64,000 bases of DNA from Planctomycetota bacterium (GTDB taxonomy: Bacteria > Planctomycetota > UBA1135 > UBA2386). Of this stretch, positions 20,115-30,777 are shown one piece after another (position 1 is the first letter of the stretch; the number at the start of each line of letters is the position of its first letter). A model generated the notes under the pieces. That model was not told the origin of the DNA. It made no database searches and saw only the letters and a list, made by a program, of their open reading frames with translations. The translations under genes were made by a program, and so were the position numbers. Location: the NCBI GenBank assembly GCA_046290465.1, contig JBKAGP010000001.1, positions 160,001 to 224,000 of the forward strand, written 5' to 3'.

Positions 20115-22280
20115 TCAGAACCGCATCTCGTACTGCACCTTCACCGTGCCCGCCTGGCGCTGCGTGCGCCAGCGGTCGAACGGGTCGGTCGCGTCGCTGT
20201 TGTAGACGACGAACAGGCGGGCGACCGGGGTGATGTCCCAGCGCAGGCGGGTGTTGACGCCGAGCGAGTCGCTCTCGGTGTCGAACTGGGCGAACGTGGT
20301 CCAGGTGAGGTCCGGCGAGAACGTGAACTGCACCTCGACGCCGTAGAGGTCGGTGGCGAAGTCGCGGCCACCGACGCGGCCGCGGTTCCACTCGGCGCTG
20401 GCCTCGAGCGTGACCAGCGGGCCGAGGAACGTGCGCGTGCTCGCCTCGATCTGGTCGAGGTGGCCGTCGTAGAATTCGCCGCCGTTCCAGCCGAGCGAAC
20501 CGGTGACGGCGCGCTTGGTCGCGGTCGAGAAGAACGCGCCGTAGCGCAGCCACTCGTAGTCGCCGGCCGCGACGACCGCACCGTCGGAGAGGTCGAACGG
20601 CGCGTCCGGACGGTCGCCGACCGCCGACGTGATCAACGCAAACTCGTCGCCGCTCTCGAGCGTCACGTCGACCGGCGCGAACTCGACCTCGTAGCTCTGC
20701 CAGCGGTGCGACAGGTCGGTGAACAGCGACGCCTCGAACGCGAACACCTGCCGGCGCAGCCAGCCGTTCTGCGGCCGCCAGCCGTAGTCGGCGCCGAACC
20801 GGTGCTTGTAGACGCCGGGGCGCGGCACGAAGCCGAGCGACGGGTCGAAGTCCTCGTCGATGCGCCAGCTCTGCCAGACGATGTCCCAGTCGTCGTTGGG
20901 GTAGTCGACCTTGATGCCGTAGGCGCCGGGGTTGCCGTCGAGGTCGTCGCGACCCATCGTCAGCCCGAACACGCCGATCAGGAAGTTGCGGTCGCCGAAG
21001 AGCCGGGAGGTCTGGTAGGTCGCGTCGGCGCCGATCGTGTAGCTGCCGTCGCGGCCGAGCGGATCGCCTGTGGTCGCCAGGATGCCGACGTTGGACTCGG
21101 CCAGCACGTCCTGGCGCAGCCGCACCACGCCCATCGTCGACGCCGGCGCGAGGCCGTCCTCGCCGCCGGTGCGCGTCAGCAGCGCGCCGACGCTGGTGCC
21201 GCCGACGCGGCCGACGACCTTGCTGCCGAAGCGCAGCGGCACCGTGCGGCCGTCGACCAGCCCGATGCGGCGGCTCTGGAACGGCACGATGTTGCGCTGC
21301 AGGCCGAGGCCGAAGTCGAACGCGTCGGCGCCTTCGTAGAAGAACGGCCGGCGCTCGGGGAAGAACAGCGGGAAGCGCGTCAGGTTGATCTGGCGGCGGT
21401 CGACGTCGGCTTCGGCGAAGTCCGAGTTGACGGTGACGATCGCCGCCAGTTCGGGCGTGATCCGCAGCGAGGCGTCGAGGCTGCCGTCGAACTCGTCGCC
21501 GGTGTCCTCGACCGGGTCGTTGGACCGCACGCTGCGCGCGACCGCCGACGGCATCACCAGCACGCCGAGGCCGAGGTCGAACCGGGGCACGCCGACGATG
21601 TAGCCGGCGCGGCTGAGCTGGGTGACGCGCTGGTCGAGGCGTGGTGTCGACCAGCGGCTGCGCTCGAGCAGGCGCTGCACGCGCCGTTCGACGTTGAACT
21701 GCCAGCGGTCGGAGCTGCCGTCGAACACCAGGATCGCGACCGGCACGCGCACCTCGAGGGTCCAGCCGTCGGCGTCGACGTGGGTGCGCGCCTCCCAGGC
21801 GCCGTTCCAGTCCGGGTTCTCGGACTCGCCGCGGTCGGCGACCAGCGCGTCGTAGCGCGCGCCGCGCGGATTGACCGCGAGCACGTAGCCGGTGCGGCCG
21901 TCGGCGACCGGACCGAGCACGATCTTGACGTGGTCCTCGGAGCCGAGCTCGGCGTCGCGCGCCACCGCGAACGCCGACAGCTGGTCGGGGTCGTCATGGC
22001 AGCGCACGCCGATGTACAGGTTCTTGCGGTCGGCGAGCACGCGGATCTCGGTACCGACCGCGGGTGCTGCACCCTGCACCGGTTCGATCGCGGTCAGACC
22101 CGGGATCTTGTCGGCGCGTTGCCAGGCGGCTTCGTCGAGGCGGCCGTCGACGCGCATCGCCTCGGCGACGCCGACGCGCAGTTCGGGCGGCCGCTGCCCG
22201 GGTTGCTGTTGGGCGAGCGCCGGCGTCGTGCTGGCGAGCACCAGCGCGGCTGCGAAGCGGGTTCGGCCGAGGGACGTCAC
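20115..22280 (-). CDS. CBM9-like N-domain plus DUF5916-like outer-membrane barrel protein
   Basis: Signal peptide; [26 protein letters not shown] motif; C-terminal Phe; GTG start overlaps the upstream stop. Confidence 0.75.
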   Translation of the reverse strand: MTSLGRTRFAAALVLASTTPALAQQQPGQRPPELRVGVAEAMRVDGRLDEAAWQRADKIPGLTAIEPVQGAAPAVGTEIRVLADRKNLYIGVRCHDDPDQLSAFAVARDAELGSEDHVKIVLGPVADGRTGYVLAVNPRGARYDALVADRGESENPDWNGAWEARTHVDADGWTLEVRVPVAILVFDGSSDRWQFNVERRVQRLLERSRWSTPRLDQRVTQLSRAGYIVGVPRFDLGLGVLVMPSAVARSVRSNDPVEDTGDEFDGSLDASLRITPELAAIVTVNSDFAEADVDRRQINLTRFPLFFPERRPFFYEGADAFDFGLGLQRNIVPFQSRRIGLVDGRTVPLRFGSKVVGRVGGTSVGALLTRTGGEDGLAPASTMGVVRLRQDVLAESNVGILATTGDPLGRDGSYTIGADATYQTSRLFGDRNFLIGVFGLTMGRDDLDGNPGAYGIKVDYPNDDWDIVWQSWRIDEDFDPSLGFVPRPGVYKHRFGADYGWRPQNGWLRRQVFAFEASLFTDLSHRWQSYEVEFAPVDVTLESGDEFALITSAVGDRPDAPFDLSDGAVVAAGDYEWLRYGAFFSTATKRAVTGSLGWNGGEFYDGHLDQIEASTRTFLGPLVTLEASAEWNRGRVGGRDFATDLYGVEVQFTFSPDLTWTTFAQFDTESDSLGVNTRLRWDITPVARLFVVYNSDATDPFDRWRTQRQAGTVKVQYEMRF

Positions 22281-23230
22281 AGCTGCAACAGCGCCTCTCG
22301 CGTCATCCGCCGCGTGTAGCGATGGATCTTCCAGTGGTCGGGTGCCCAGCCGTCGAGGAAACGGTGGAAGTCCGCCCACGCCGCCGGATACAGCGCGCGC
22401 CACTCCCGCTCGAGTTGGTCCGCGTCGACGTCGCCGGGCAGGCGTGGGCGCAGCTCGGCGAAGTAGGTGTCGAGGTGGCGCTCGGCCTGCCGTTCGCACT
22501 GGTCGTCGTCGAGGCAGCTGCTGAGGAAGTAGGCGACGTCCTGGATGCCGCAGCCGCCGCCGACGTACTGGAAGTCGACCGCGGCGACGTCGTCGGCGGC
22601 GAAGCAGAAGTTGGCGACCTTGGCGTCGCCGTGCACGAGCGTGCGGTGGCGGCAGGTGCGCAGGGCCGCGTCGAGCGGCGCCGCGGCCCGCCGCAGTTCG
22701 TCGTCGCGCATCGCGGCGAGTTCGTCCTGGCGGGTGGCGAGGTGCCAGTAGGTGCCGTTCGGCCACAGGCCGGGCGGTGTCGGGCCGAGGTGCGCGGCGT
22801 GGAACGAGGCCAGCCAGCGCAGGCAGCGCTGCAGCTCGACGCCTTCGAGCCGTTGCCGCCGGCCGTCGTAGCCCGACGCGTCGAGGTCCTCGAGCAGCAG
22901 CAGGAAGCCGGTGTCGGTGCGTTTGGCGGCGTGGCAGCGCGCGGTGCGGTGGCTCGCACGCGGCTCGCGATCGAGGTAGAACGCGCGCTCGACCTCGTAC
23001 GAACGCAGCTTGCGCTGGTGCGAGGTGCGACCCGACCAACCGCGCGGGTGCTGCACGACCGACGGCGGCTGCACGTGCTTGACGATCGCGCTCGGCAGCG
23101 CTGCGCCGTCGAGCTGCACGCGCAGGATCTGGCCGTAGCCGGACCACAGCGTCTGCACCGTTTCCGCTGCGAGCACGCGGCCGCCGAGGTGGGCGGCGAT
23201 CCAGTCGGGCAGCATCGGGTCGTCGATCAT
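22277..23230 (-). CDS. APH/choline-kinase-like phosphotransferase
   Basis: [28 protein letters not shown]. Confidence 0.8.
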   Translation of the reverse strand: MIDDPMLPDWIAAHLGGRVLAAETVQTLWSGYGQILRVQLDGAALPSAIVKHVQPPSVVQHPRGWSGRTSHQRKLRSYEVERAFYLDREPRASHRTARCHAAKRTDTGFLLLLEDLDASGYDGRRQRLEGVELQRCLRWLASFHAAHLGPTPPGLWPNGTYWHLATRQDELAAMRDDELRRAAAPLDAALRTCRHRTLVHGDAKVANFCFAADDVAAVDFQYVGGGCGIQDVAYFLSSCLDDDQCERQAERHLDTYFAELRPRLPGDVDADQLEREWRALYPAAWADFHRFLDGWAPDHWKIHRYTRRMTREALLQL

Positions 23231-23326
23231 GCGCGACGCATCATCTGGCCACGGGCGCGGCTGGCAACCGCGTTCCGGGGCACGGGCGAACGTGGCGGGC
23301 TCGTCGCGTGCGTGGGGCCCTGCCGC

Positions 23327-24670
23327 TCAGGCCGACGGCTGGGGCGTCGGCGTCGCGTCGCGCTGGCCACGGCCGCTGCGCCAAAGCCACCAGGTCTGCG
23401 CCAGTCCGGCGACGGTGAACGCGAGCAGCGTCACCTGGATGCCCGGCAGGTCCTGCAGCCAGCGCATGCCGGCGAGCAGGCACACGGTGCAGACCGCGAG
23501 GTAGAGCACCACCGCCTCGGTGATCGGGCGCGTGCGCTTGTGGTGCACCATCCGGCCCTGCAGGTAGTTCTGCGCGACCGAGTAGATCGGCATCGCGAGT
23601 GCCAGCGGCAGCGACGTGCAGGCCAGCGCGGTCAGCTCGGTGGACAGCCCGCTGACCTTCGCGAACCAGACGCCGCCGAGCGGGGTCAGCGCGAGCAGCG
23701 TAAGCACCGCGGTGGTCACCGAGGCGATGCCGACCCCGACGCGGTACAGCGCGCGGCCGCCGCCCGGCTCGCCGGCCAGCGACACGACCACCTCGTTGAA
23801 CGCGAAGCCGGCGCTGCGCGACAGGAACACGATGCCGTAGACGGCCGGCCAGGCGGCCAGCGACTGCAGCGGGGCGTGCATCTTACTCATCGCCCACGAA
23901 CCGATCGGCTGGATCACGATGGTGATGATCGGCGTGAACGCCAGCGGCGTGTAGAACGCGGCGAACGCGCGCCAGCTGATGAGCTCGCCGTCGGGTTCCG
24001 CCGGCAGCTTCGGGCGCGCCGCGCGACGGAACGACCAGCCGGCCCACGCGGCTTCGGCCAGCACGCCGCACGAGATCGCGGCGGCGCCGACGACGATGCC
24101 GGGCCAGGTGCCGACCGCGAGGCCGAGCAGCAGCACCAGCACGTTCGCGACCAGGCGCACGATGGTGCCGACGCCGACCAGGTCGGAGCGGCCGCAGCGG
24201 ATCAGCACGCCCTGCTGGAAGCGGCGGTAGCCGATCGCCCAGGTCCACGGCGTCATCAGCATCATGCCGATCCGGCCGGGCTCGACGATCGCCGCCGGCA
24301 CGCCGATCACGTCGCGCACGATGACGTCGTAGAGCGGCGTGAACGCGACCGCGACGTGCACGATCGTCAGCAGCAGCGAGGCCAGGTGCGCGAACCGCAG
24401 CAGCCGGGCGTGGGTCGCGAGGTCTTTGACCAGCGCCGTCGATGCCGCGAGCAGCATGATGATCGGCGCCTCGATCAGGATCGACAGCGGGTAGACCAGC
24501 GCGCCGATCGCGGCGAGGTGCGGCTCGCCGCCCGGCATGCGCGTCATCGCCGCCGTCAGCATCGGCATCTCGACGCCCATCAGCAGCCAGCTGCCGGCGA
24601 GCGGCCACCACAGGGTGAGCACGCGGCGGGCGGTGACGGGGGCGGCGGAGTTGCGGGGGGCGGCGGTCAC
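23327..24670 (-). CDS. Multi-pass membrane transporter, MATE/MOP (ANKH-like) superfamily
   Basis: About 12 hydrophobic segments with an internal two-fold repeat (WWPLA / YTPLA). Confidence 0.6.
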   Translation of the reverse strand: MTAAPRNSAAPVTARRVLTLWWPLAGSWLLMGVEMPMLTAAMTRMPGGEPHLAAIGALVYPLSILIEAPIIMLLAASTALVKDLATHARLLRFAHLASLLLTIVHVAVAFTPLYDVIVRDVIGVPAAIVEPGRIGMMLMTPWTWAIGYRRFQQGVLIRCGRSDLVGVGTIVRLVANVLVLLLGLAVGTWPGIVVGAAAISCGVLAEAAWAGWSFRRAARPKLPAEPDGELISWRAFAAFYTPLAFTPIITIVIQPIGSWAMSKMHAPLQSLAAWPAVYGIVFLSRSAGFAFNEVVVSLAGEPGGGRALYRVGVGIASVTTAVLTLLALTPLGGVWFAKVSGLSTELTALACTSLPLALAMPIYSVAQNYLQGRMVHHKRTRPITEAVVLYLAVCTVCLLAGMRWLQDLPGIQVTLLAFTVAGLAQTWWLWRSGRGQRDATPTPQPSA

Positions 24671-24775
24671 GGCGGCGGCACGTCATAGCCCCTGCGCGGT
24701 CGGGCACGAGGGCAATTCCGCGTCGCTCGGTGAGGTCGTGCCTGGCGACGCCGTCGGTGTCGCCGGCGAGGCGCG

Positions 24776-26764
24776 TTACCGGCGGCCGCTCCAGCGCAGC
24801 ATCTGGTCGGCGAGGTCGAGGCAGTGCACGGCCTCGACGTCGGTGACGTCACCGTCGGCGTTGCGGACCAGGCGCAGTTCCGGCTGCACGAAGCCGGTGA
24901 CCGAGGGCAGGTCGAGGTCCGCGATGCGCGCCAGCACCTGCTGGTGCAGCGCGCGGTCGATCCTGGTGCCGTAGGTCTCGACCAGCGCCTTGCCGGCGGC
25001 GAAGTCGCCGGTCGCCTTGATCCGCATCAGCTCGCCGAGCAGTTCGCCGCAGCCTTGCCGGAACCGTTCGGCGGAGTCGACCACGTAGAACGTCTTGCCG
25101 TCCCGCTCCTCGACGTGCACGCCGTAGCCCTTGTCGAGCAGCCACAGCACGATCAGCTGGCGGTTGCGCATGTGGTCCTCCTCGACCCGTTCGCCGAGCG
25201 GCACGCGCCGCAGCTGCACCAGCGCGTTGCGCGCGTAGGCCTCGTACTTGGCGAGCACCGCGTCGTCGTTGGGCACCAGCCCCATGTCCTTGCACTTCTG
25301 GTCGGCGCACCAGTAGAGGCCGACCAGGTCGGCGCGGCCCTCTTCGAGCGTGCTGTAGTAGAGGCCGAGGCGCTGGGCCGGGTTGGGGATCTCGGGGTTC
25401 ACCTGGCCCGATGCATGGCCGACGACCTCGTGCAGGTTGGTGTGCAGGTCGTCCATCGAGGCCGCGTAGAGGCGCGCGCGGGCGGCCTCCTCCGGCGTGA
25501 ACGAGAACTCGTCGAGGCTGCCGGCGGCCTTGACCAGGTTGTAGGTCTCGACCACGTTGGCGAGGTTGACCGACTTGCTGCCGTACTGCTGGCGCACGTC
25601 GGCCTCGTTGGGCAGGTTGATGCCGATCGGCGTGATCGGGCCGGAGTCGCCGGTCTCGGTGACGACCGAGATCGCGCGCGCCGAGATGCCCTTGACGTCC
25701 TGCTTCTTGAACTCGTCGGCCCACGGCATGCGCTGTTCGAACCACGGCGCCTCGACCGCCAGCTCGGCGATCGCGCGGGTCTTGTGCTCGTCGCGGAAGC
25801 TGATCACCGACTCCCATGAGCCCTTGATGCCGCGCGCGTCGAGGTAGACCTCGACGAAGCCGAGGATGAAGTCGATGCGGCTGTCGTTGTCCTGCACCCA
25901 CGCAATGTTGAACTCGCGCCAGTCGTTCAGGTCGCCGGTCTGGTTGTAGCGGATCAGCTTCTTCAGGGCCTTCTCGGTCGGCGCCGGCGCGAACGGCAGC
26001 GCGCGCGTCAGGTGCTCGTTGATCGCGTTCAGTTCGGCGGCGTAGCGGCCGGGCGGGATGGTGGCGCCGTCGCCGCAGCGGTAGACCTCCTCGATCAGTC
26101 GGCCGTCGGTCTTGACGAGCCGCGAGTTGAGGCCGTTGTGCTCCTCGAAGCCCTCGAGGTCGGCGGTGGTGACGCCGACGTAGAGGTTGTTGGCGCTCTG
26201 CACCAGCGGGTCGTTGCCGTGCTCGGTGCTCTTGTCGGTGACCGACAGGTCGGAGTCCATGTCCGTCATCACCTCGTAGGCGTGGCGGACGTCGCGCAGC
26301 GTGCGCAGCTGCTGCCGGCCCATCGCGTGGCCGGCCGCGACCGCGGTGTTGCACGCGGTTTCGAACTGCTCGAAGGTGAGCTGCAGCGGCACCTTCTTGG
26401 TGGTCAGGTTGTCGTGGATGCCGGAGTGCACCCAGAACAGCTTGCAGTAGCGCTCGACCTCGTCGCGCACCTCGGCCGGGAAGTCGGCGCGCACCAGCCA
26501 CAGCGACTCCAGGATCCAGCGCAGGCCGAGCGTGTGCTGGTAGCGCTGGTCGAGGAAGATGTCGCGGCCGGCGATGGCGGCCTGCGACAGGTGGTAGGCG
26601 AGCATCTTGTCGCGCAGCGGCAGCTCCTCGAAGCCGTCGGCGTAGAGCTGCACGACGACGGTCTTGTCGACGCGGTCGAGCTGGACCTTGCGGGCGGGGC
26701 CGGACTGGCACGCGGTCAGCGCGGCCAGCACGGCGAGAGATGCGAGGTGGGGGGGCTTGTTCAT
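24776..26764 (-). CDS. Dipeptidyl-peptidase III (peptidase M49), lipoprotein
   Basis: HEVVGH (HExxGH), EEGRAD, GINLPN; lipobox LTAC. Confidence 0.9.
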   Translation of the reverse strand: MNKPPHLASLAVLAALTACQSGPARKVQLDRVDKTVVVQLYADGFEELPLRDKMLAYHLSQAAIAGRDIFLDQRYQHTLGLRWILESLWLVRADFPAEVRDEVERYCKLFWVHSGIHDNLTTKKVPLQLTFEQFETACNTAVAAGHAMGRQQLRTLRDVRHAYEVMTDMDSDLSVTDKSTEHGNDPLVQSANNLYVGVTTADLEGFEEHNGLNSRLVKTDGRLIEEVYRCGDGATIPPGRYAAELNAINEHLTRALPFAPAPTEKALKKLIRYNQTGDLNDWREFNIAWVQDNDSRIDFILGFVEVYLDARGIKGSWESVISFRDEHKTRAIAELAVEAPWFEQRMPWADEFKKQDVKGISARAISVVTETGDSGPITPIGINLPNEADVRQQYGSKSVNLANVVETYNLVKAAGSLDEFSFTPEEAARARLYAASMDDLHTNLHEVVGHASGQVNPEIPNPAQRLGLYYSTLEEGRADLVGLYWCADQKCKDMGLVPNDDAVLAKYEAYARNALVQLRRVPLGERVEEDHMRNRQLIVLWLLDKGYGVHVEERDGKTFYVVDSAERFRQGCGELLGELMRIKATGDFAAGKALVETYGTRIDRALHQQVLARIADLDLPSVTGFVQPELRLVRNADGDVTDVEAVHCLDLADQMLRWSGRR

Positions 26765-26822
26765 GATCTCCGGTCGGCGAGCATAGCCGTGCCCGTACCA
26801 GAACCCGAAGCCGACCAACCGA

Positions 26823-28199
26823 ATGCCCCGCACGCTCCCGACGTTGCTCACCGCGGCCTGCCTGTCGCCGCTGCTCCCCGCCCAGTCGTGGAACCAGGTC
26901 GCCACGGCCAGCAACCCCGGCCAGATCCGGGACGCCGCGATGGCGTTCCATTCGGCGAGCGGCGAGGCCGTGTTGTTCGGCGGCTGGCCGGCGCTCGGCG
27001 CCACCTGGGAGTTCGACGGCAGCAGCTGGAGCAACGCCAACCCGATCGGTTCGCCGCCCGGCCGCCGCGAGTTCGCGATGGTCGAGGACACGCAGCGAGG
27101 CCGCCTGGTGATGTTCGGTGGCCAGGGCAGCTCCGGCCTGCTGGCCGACACGTGGGAGTACAACGGCAGCGTCTGGACCAACGTCACGCCGGCGACGAGC
27201 CCGCCGGCGCGGCTTGGCCACACCATGGCCTACGACGTGCAGCGCGGCGTCACCGTGCTGTTCGGTGGCACGCCCAACGCCAACCTGCCGCCGAACTTCA
27301 CCGACACGTGGGAGTGGGACGGCAGCAGCTGGACCCAGGTGGCGACGGCCAACGCGCCGTTCGAGCCGGTCTACGCGAGCATGTGCTACGACGTCGTGCG
27401 CGGCGTCTGCGTGCTGACCGGCGGCACCAGCCTGTTCGGTGCACCCGACCAGCGCACGTGGGAGTACGACGGCGTCGACTGGACCGACCGCACCAACGTG
27501 GTCGGCACCGCGCCGACCTCGATCCCGGGCCTCGGGGTGCAGCAGGCGCAGATGGTCTACGACCAGGCGCGCGGCGTCTGCGTGCACTACGGCGGCCGCA
27601 CGCCGAACGGCACGTTCTCGACCGAGACGTGGGAGTACGACGGCGCGGCGTGGACGCAGGTCGGCAGCGGCACGCCGTCGTCGCGCAGCCGCTTCGCGAT
27701 GGCGTTCGACAGCAGCCGCGGCGTCGCCGTGCTCTACGGCGGCATCAGCGGCAACTTCCAGACCTGGTTCACCGAGACGTTCGAGTACGCGGCCGGCGTG
27801 CCGGCGGACTACCAAGTGTTCGGCGGTGGCTGCGCCGGCTCGCAGGGCGTGCCGAGCAACAGCGCGTCGCAGCTGCCGGTGCTCGGCCAGTCGCTGGTCG
27901 TCGACATCGGCAACATGCCGGCGCCCGAAGTGATGGCGCTGGTGTTCGGCCTGAGCACCGTGACGCCGGCCGTCGACCTCGGCTTCCTCGGTGCGCCCGG
28001 CTGCCCCGCGCGGGTGTCGCCGGACGTGCTCGTCGCGGTGACCGGCGGGGCCGGCACCGCGAGCTACACGCTGCCGATCCCCAACAACCCGGCGCTGATG
28101 GCCGCCGAACTGCACACCCAGGCGGTCGTGCTCGAGGCCGCCGCCAACGCCTTCGGCGCGATCGTCTCGAACGCCGCCACCGCCACCCTCGGCACCTGA
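26823..28199 (+). CDS. Secreted Kelch-like beta-propeller protein with shared C-terminal module
   Basis: Signal peptide; repeated LFGG...DTWE(W/Y)DG..W units. Confidence 0.85.
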   Translation: MPRTLPTLLTAACLSPLLPAQSWNQVATASNPGQIRDAAMAFHSASGEAVLFGGWPALGATWEFDGSSWSNANPIGSPPGRREFAMVEDTQRGRLVMFGGQGSSGLLADTWEYNGSVWTNVTPATSPPARLGHTMAYDVQRGVTVLFGGTPNANLPPNFTDTWEWDGSSWTQVATANAPFEPVYASMCYDVVRGVCVLTGGTSLFGAPDQRTWEYDGVDWTDRTNVVGTAPTSIPGLGVQQAQMVYDQARGVCVHYGGRTPNGTFSTETWEYDGAAWTQVGSGTPSSRSRFAMAFDSSRGVAVLYGGISGNFQTWFTETFEYAAGVPADYQVFGGGCAGSQGVPSNSASQLPVLGQSLVVDIGNMPAPEVMALVFGLSTVTPAVDLGFLGAPGCPARVSPDVLVAVTGGAGTASYTLPIPNNPALMAAELHTQAVVLEAAANAFGAIVSNAATATLGT

Positions 28200-28201
28200 C
28201 C

Positions 28202-28284
28202 CCGCATACCGAACCCGGTTCAGGCTGCGCCACTTGCTGCCGCATACCGAACCCCGCATACCGAACCCGGTTCAGGTTGCGCCA
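28202..28284. repeat. REP-like cluster (full, partial, full copies)
   Basis: CCGCATACCGAACCCGGTTCAGG(C/T)TGCGCCA at 28202 and 28254, partial copy at 28240; just after a stop codon. Confidence 0.9.
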
Positions 28285-28622
28285 TTTGCCACGGCCGGGG
28301 CTGCGTGCGCGTCCACGGCTCGTCGGCGCGGCCGCGCGCGATTCGTCGACGTTCCGCTGCTGGGTGTCGGCGTTTTTTGCAGGCAGACTTCGGGGCCGCA
28401 GCGACGTGCTGCAATGGCCGCATTGGCGCCGTGCCTCTGCTGCGATGGGGATCCGCGGTGTTTCTCGCCGCCGTAAGTGAGCCGTTGCCAGGGGTCTAGC
28501 GGCACGCCCGGGCGAACTGGCGGATTGACGGAGCCAGGTTTTTGGGGGAGCCTTCTGCCGTGCCCACCGGACTCGGTGCGGCACAATCACGTCTCTGTAT
28601 CTCGTTTCTCAGAACGAACACC

Positions 28623-30647
28623 ATGTCCAAGAACCTCTGCCCCGTGGCATTGGCGGTCGCCGCCTTTGCTGCCCCGATGGTTGCCCAGGTGGGCAACCAG
28701 GTCGCCATCCCGGCGCACAACAACGTCTACAACGGCTTCAGCCGCGGCTACAGCTTCGTCGCCAACAACGACTTCTTCATCCAGGACTTCGAGCTGCCGC
28801 TCGACGCCCAGCAGGCTGGTGACATCGCCGGCGTGGTGGTGCGCATCAACGGCGTGCAGGTCTTCTACGCCACCGGCGGCACCAACGCGATCATGACGCC
28901 GCCGGCGCCGATCTCGGTGATGACGGGTGACATCGTCGACGTCGTCGGCAACTGGTCGCCGGTCGCCACGACGAACTTCACTGCGCACAACTCGTACAGC
29001 CCGACGGGCGCTCCGTTCGCCACCACGATCGAAGGCGTCGCGACCAACCTGGATCGCACGGGCGTGCAGTACGACATCAACGACCCGGCCTACACCACGG
29101 CTGCCTACCTGGCTCCGACCACGGGCCAGATCGGCCGAGTCTGGACCTACACCACCCCGCCGGCCGGCATCTTCGCCAGCTTCTCGGCGGCTCCCGCGTC
29201 CGGCGCCTCGCCGCTGACGGTCGCGTTCACGGACACGACCTTCACGGACGATCCGGGCGGCGTGATCTCGTGGGACTGGGACCTCGACGGCGACGGCCTG
29301 ACGGATTCGACTGCCCAAAACCCGACGTTCACCTACGCCTCGTGCGGTAGCTACGACGTCACCCTGACGGCCACCGACGTCATCAACGGCAGCAGCACCA
29401 CGACGGTTGTCGGTGCGGTCACCGTCGACGAGGTCGTCGCCGACTTCTCGGTCGCCGAGCTGGTCCCCGGCAGCGGCCTGTGGCAGTTCACCGACCTGTC
29501 GAGCCCGACGCCGACGGCGTGGGACTGGGACTTCGACGGGGACGGCACGGTCGACGACACCAACCAGAACCCGGTCTACTTCGACCCGAGCATGAGCCCG
29601 ATCCTGAGCCTGCCGAACTGCACCCTGACCGTTCAGGGCGCTGGCGGCTGCTTCTCGGACACGCTCGTGCGCGCAGTCAACGCTACCGGCTACGGCGTCG
29701 CCAACGGCCCGATGGCTGGCGGCAACGGCACGCTCGCCACCCCGGCGGTCGGCACCTACTTCGACATCAGCGTCGGTGTTGCCGAAGGCATCAGCATCAC
29801 CGGCATGGAGACCGGTGTCTACGGCTACGCCGGCACCGCCGACGTCCGCGTCTACATCACCCCTGGCACGCACGTCGGCAACGAAGGCAACGCTGCCGCG
29901 TGGACGCTCGCCGGTGAAGGCGTCGTCACGTTCACGGGCACCGGTGCGGTCGCCACTCCGGAGTTCGCCTCGGTCGCGCTGAACAACCCGTTCTACCTGC
30001 CTGCCGGTGACTACGGGGTCGCGTGCTACCACATCGACCAGGCCGGTGGCTCGGTCCAGGTGTCGTACACCAACGGCCCGGCCAACAGCCCCTACGGCAA
30101 CGCCGACCTGACGATCCACCCGGCTGGCGTCGGTTGCTCGTCGACGAGTGAGCTCGGCCCGTGTGCCTTCTCGCCGCGTCTGTGGAACGGTCGCTTCCTC
30201 TACGAGACCTGCTCGGTGTCGAGCAACGCCGCGGGCGGCACCTACGCCATCGGCTGCGCCAACTCGGCTGGTGTCGTTCCGAGCCTCGCGATGGCTTCGC
30301 TGCCGCAGCTCGGCGGCAACTACGAGGTCGACCTCGACGCCGGTCTCGGCGTGGCGGCCGCCTCGATCATCGTGCTCGGCGAGAGCAAGGACCTGTTCAA
30401 CGCGCTGCCGCTGCCGTTCGACCTGGGTGTCATCGGTGCGCCGGGCTGTAACCTGGCCGTCAGCGCCGACGCCACGTCGCTGCTGATCGCCAACGCGGGC
30501 CCGGGCAACCTCTACTCGCTGCCGATCCCGAACGACCCGCTGCTGATCTGCGCGAAGTTCTACGCGCAGGCCGCGGTGCTCGACATCCCGGCCAACACGC
30601 TTGGCTTCGTGCTGTCGAACGCGCAAGCCGCCGTCATCGGCAACTGA
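28623..30647 (+). CDS. Secreted PKD-domain protein with shared C-terminal module
   Basis: Signal peptide; two PKD repeats (WDWDLDGDG..STAQNP, WDWDFDGDG..TNQNP). Confidence 0.85.
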   Translation: MSKNLCPVALAVAAFAAPMVAQVGNQVAIPAHNNVYNGFSRGYSFVANNDFFIQDFELPLDAQQAGDIAGVVVRINGVQVFYATGGTNAIMTPPAPISVMTGDIVDVVGNWSPVATTNFTAHNSYSPTGAPFATTIEGVATNLDRTGVQYDINDPAYTTAAYLAPTTGQIGRVWTYTTPPAGIFASFSAAPASGASPLTVAFTDTTFTDDPGGVISWDWDLDGDGLTDSTAQNPTFTYASCGSYDVTLTATDVINGSSTTTVVGAVTVDEVVADFSVAELVPGSGLWQFTDLSSPTPTAWDWDFDGDGTVDDTNQNPVYFDPSMSPILSLPNCTLTVQGAGGCFSDTLVRAVNATGYGVANGPMAGGNGTLATPAVGTYFDISVGVAEGISITGMETGVYGYAGTADVRVYITPGTHVGNEGNAAAWTLAGEGVVTFTGTGAVATPEFASVALNNPFYLPAGDYGVACYHIDQAGGSVQVSYTNGPANSPYGNADLTIHPAGVGCSSTSELGPCAFSPRLWNGRFLYETCSVSSNAAGGTYAIGCANSAGVVPSLAMASLPQLGGNYEVDLDAGLGVAAASIIVLGESKDLFNALPLPFDLGVIGAPGCNLAVSADATSLLIANAGPGNLYSLPIPNDPLLICAKFYAQAAVLDIPANTLGFVLSNAQAAVIGN

Positions 30648-30777
30648 TCGTCGAGGCCAGGGTCCTCTGCGGATCCAGGTCGCGGCCCTGCGGGGCCGCT
30701 CGAAGCGGGGCTGCCAGATGGCAGCCCTGCTTTGCTGTACGGATCGCATGCGCGGTCCGATGGCGTATCCTTCACGC

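Noticed and set aside
24849..28259. 1136-aa minus-strand ORF and other long Arg/Ala/Pro-rich ORFs (e.g. 7688-10330, 22064-24688, 33518-35953, 49448-52030, 60508-63009)
   Set aside because: Shadow frames of well-supported genes in a high-GC genome with few stop codons; no motifs
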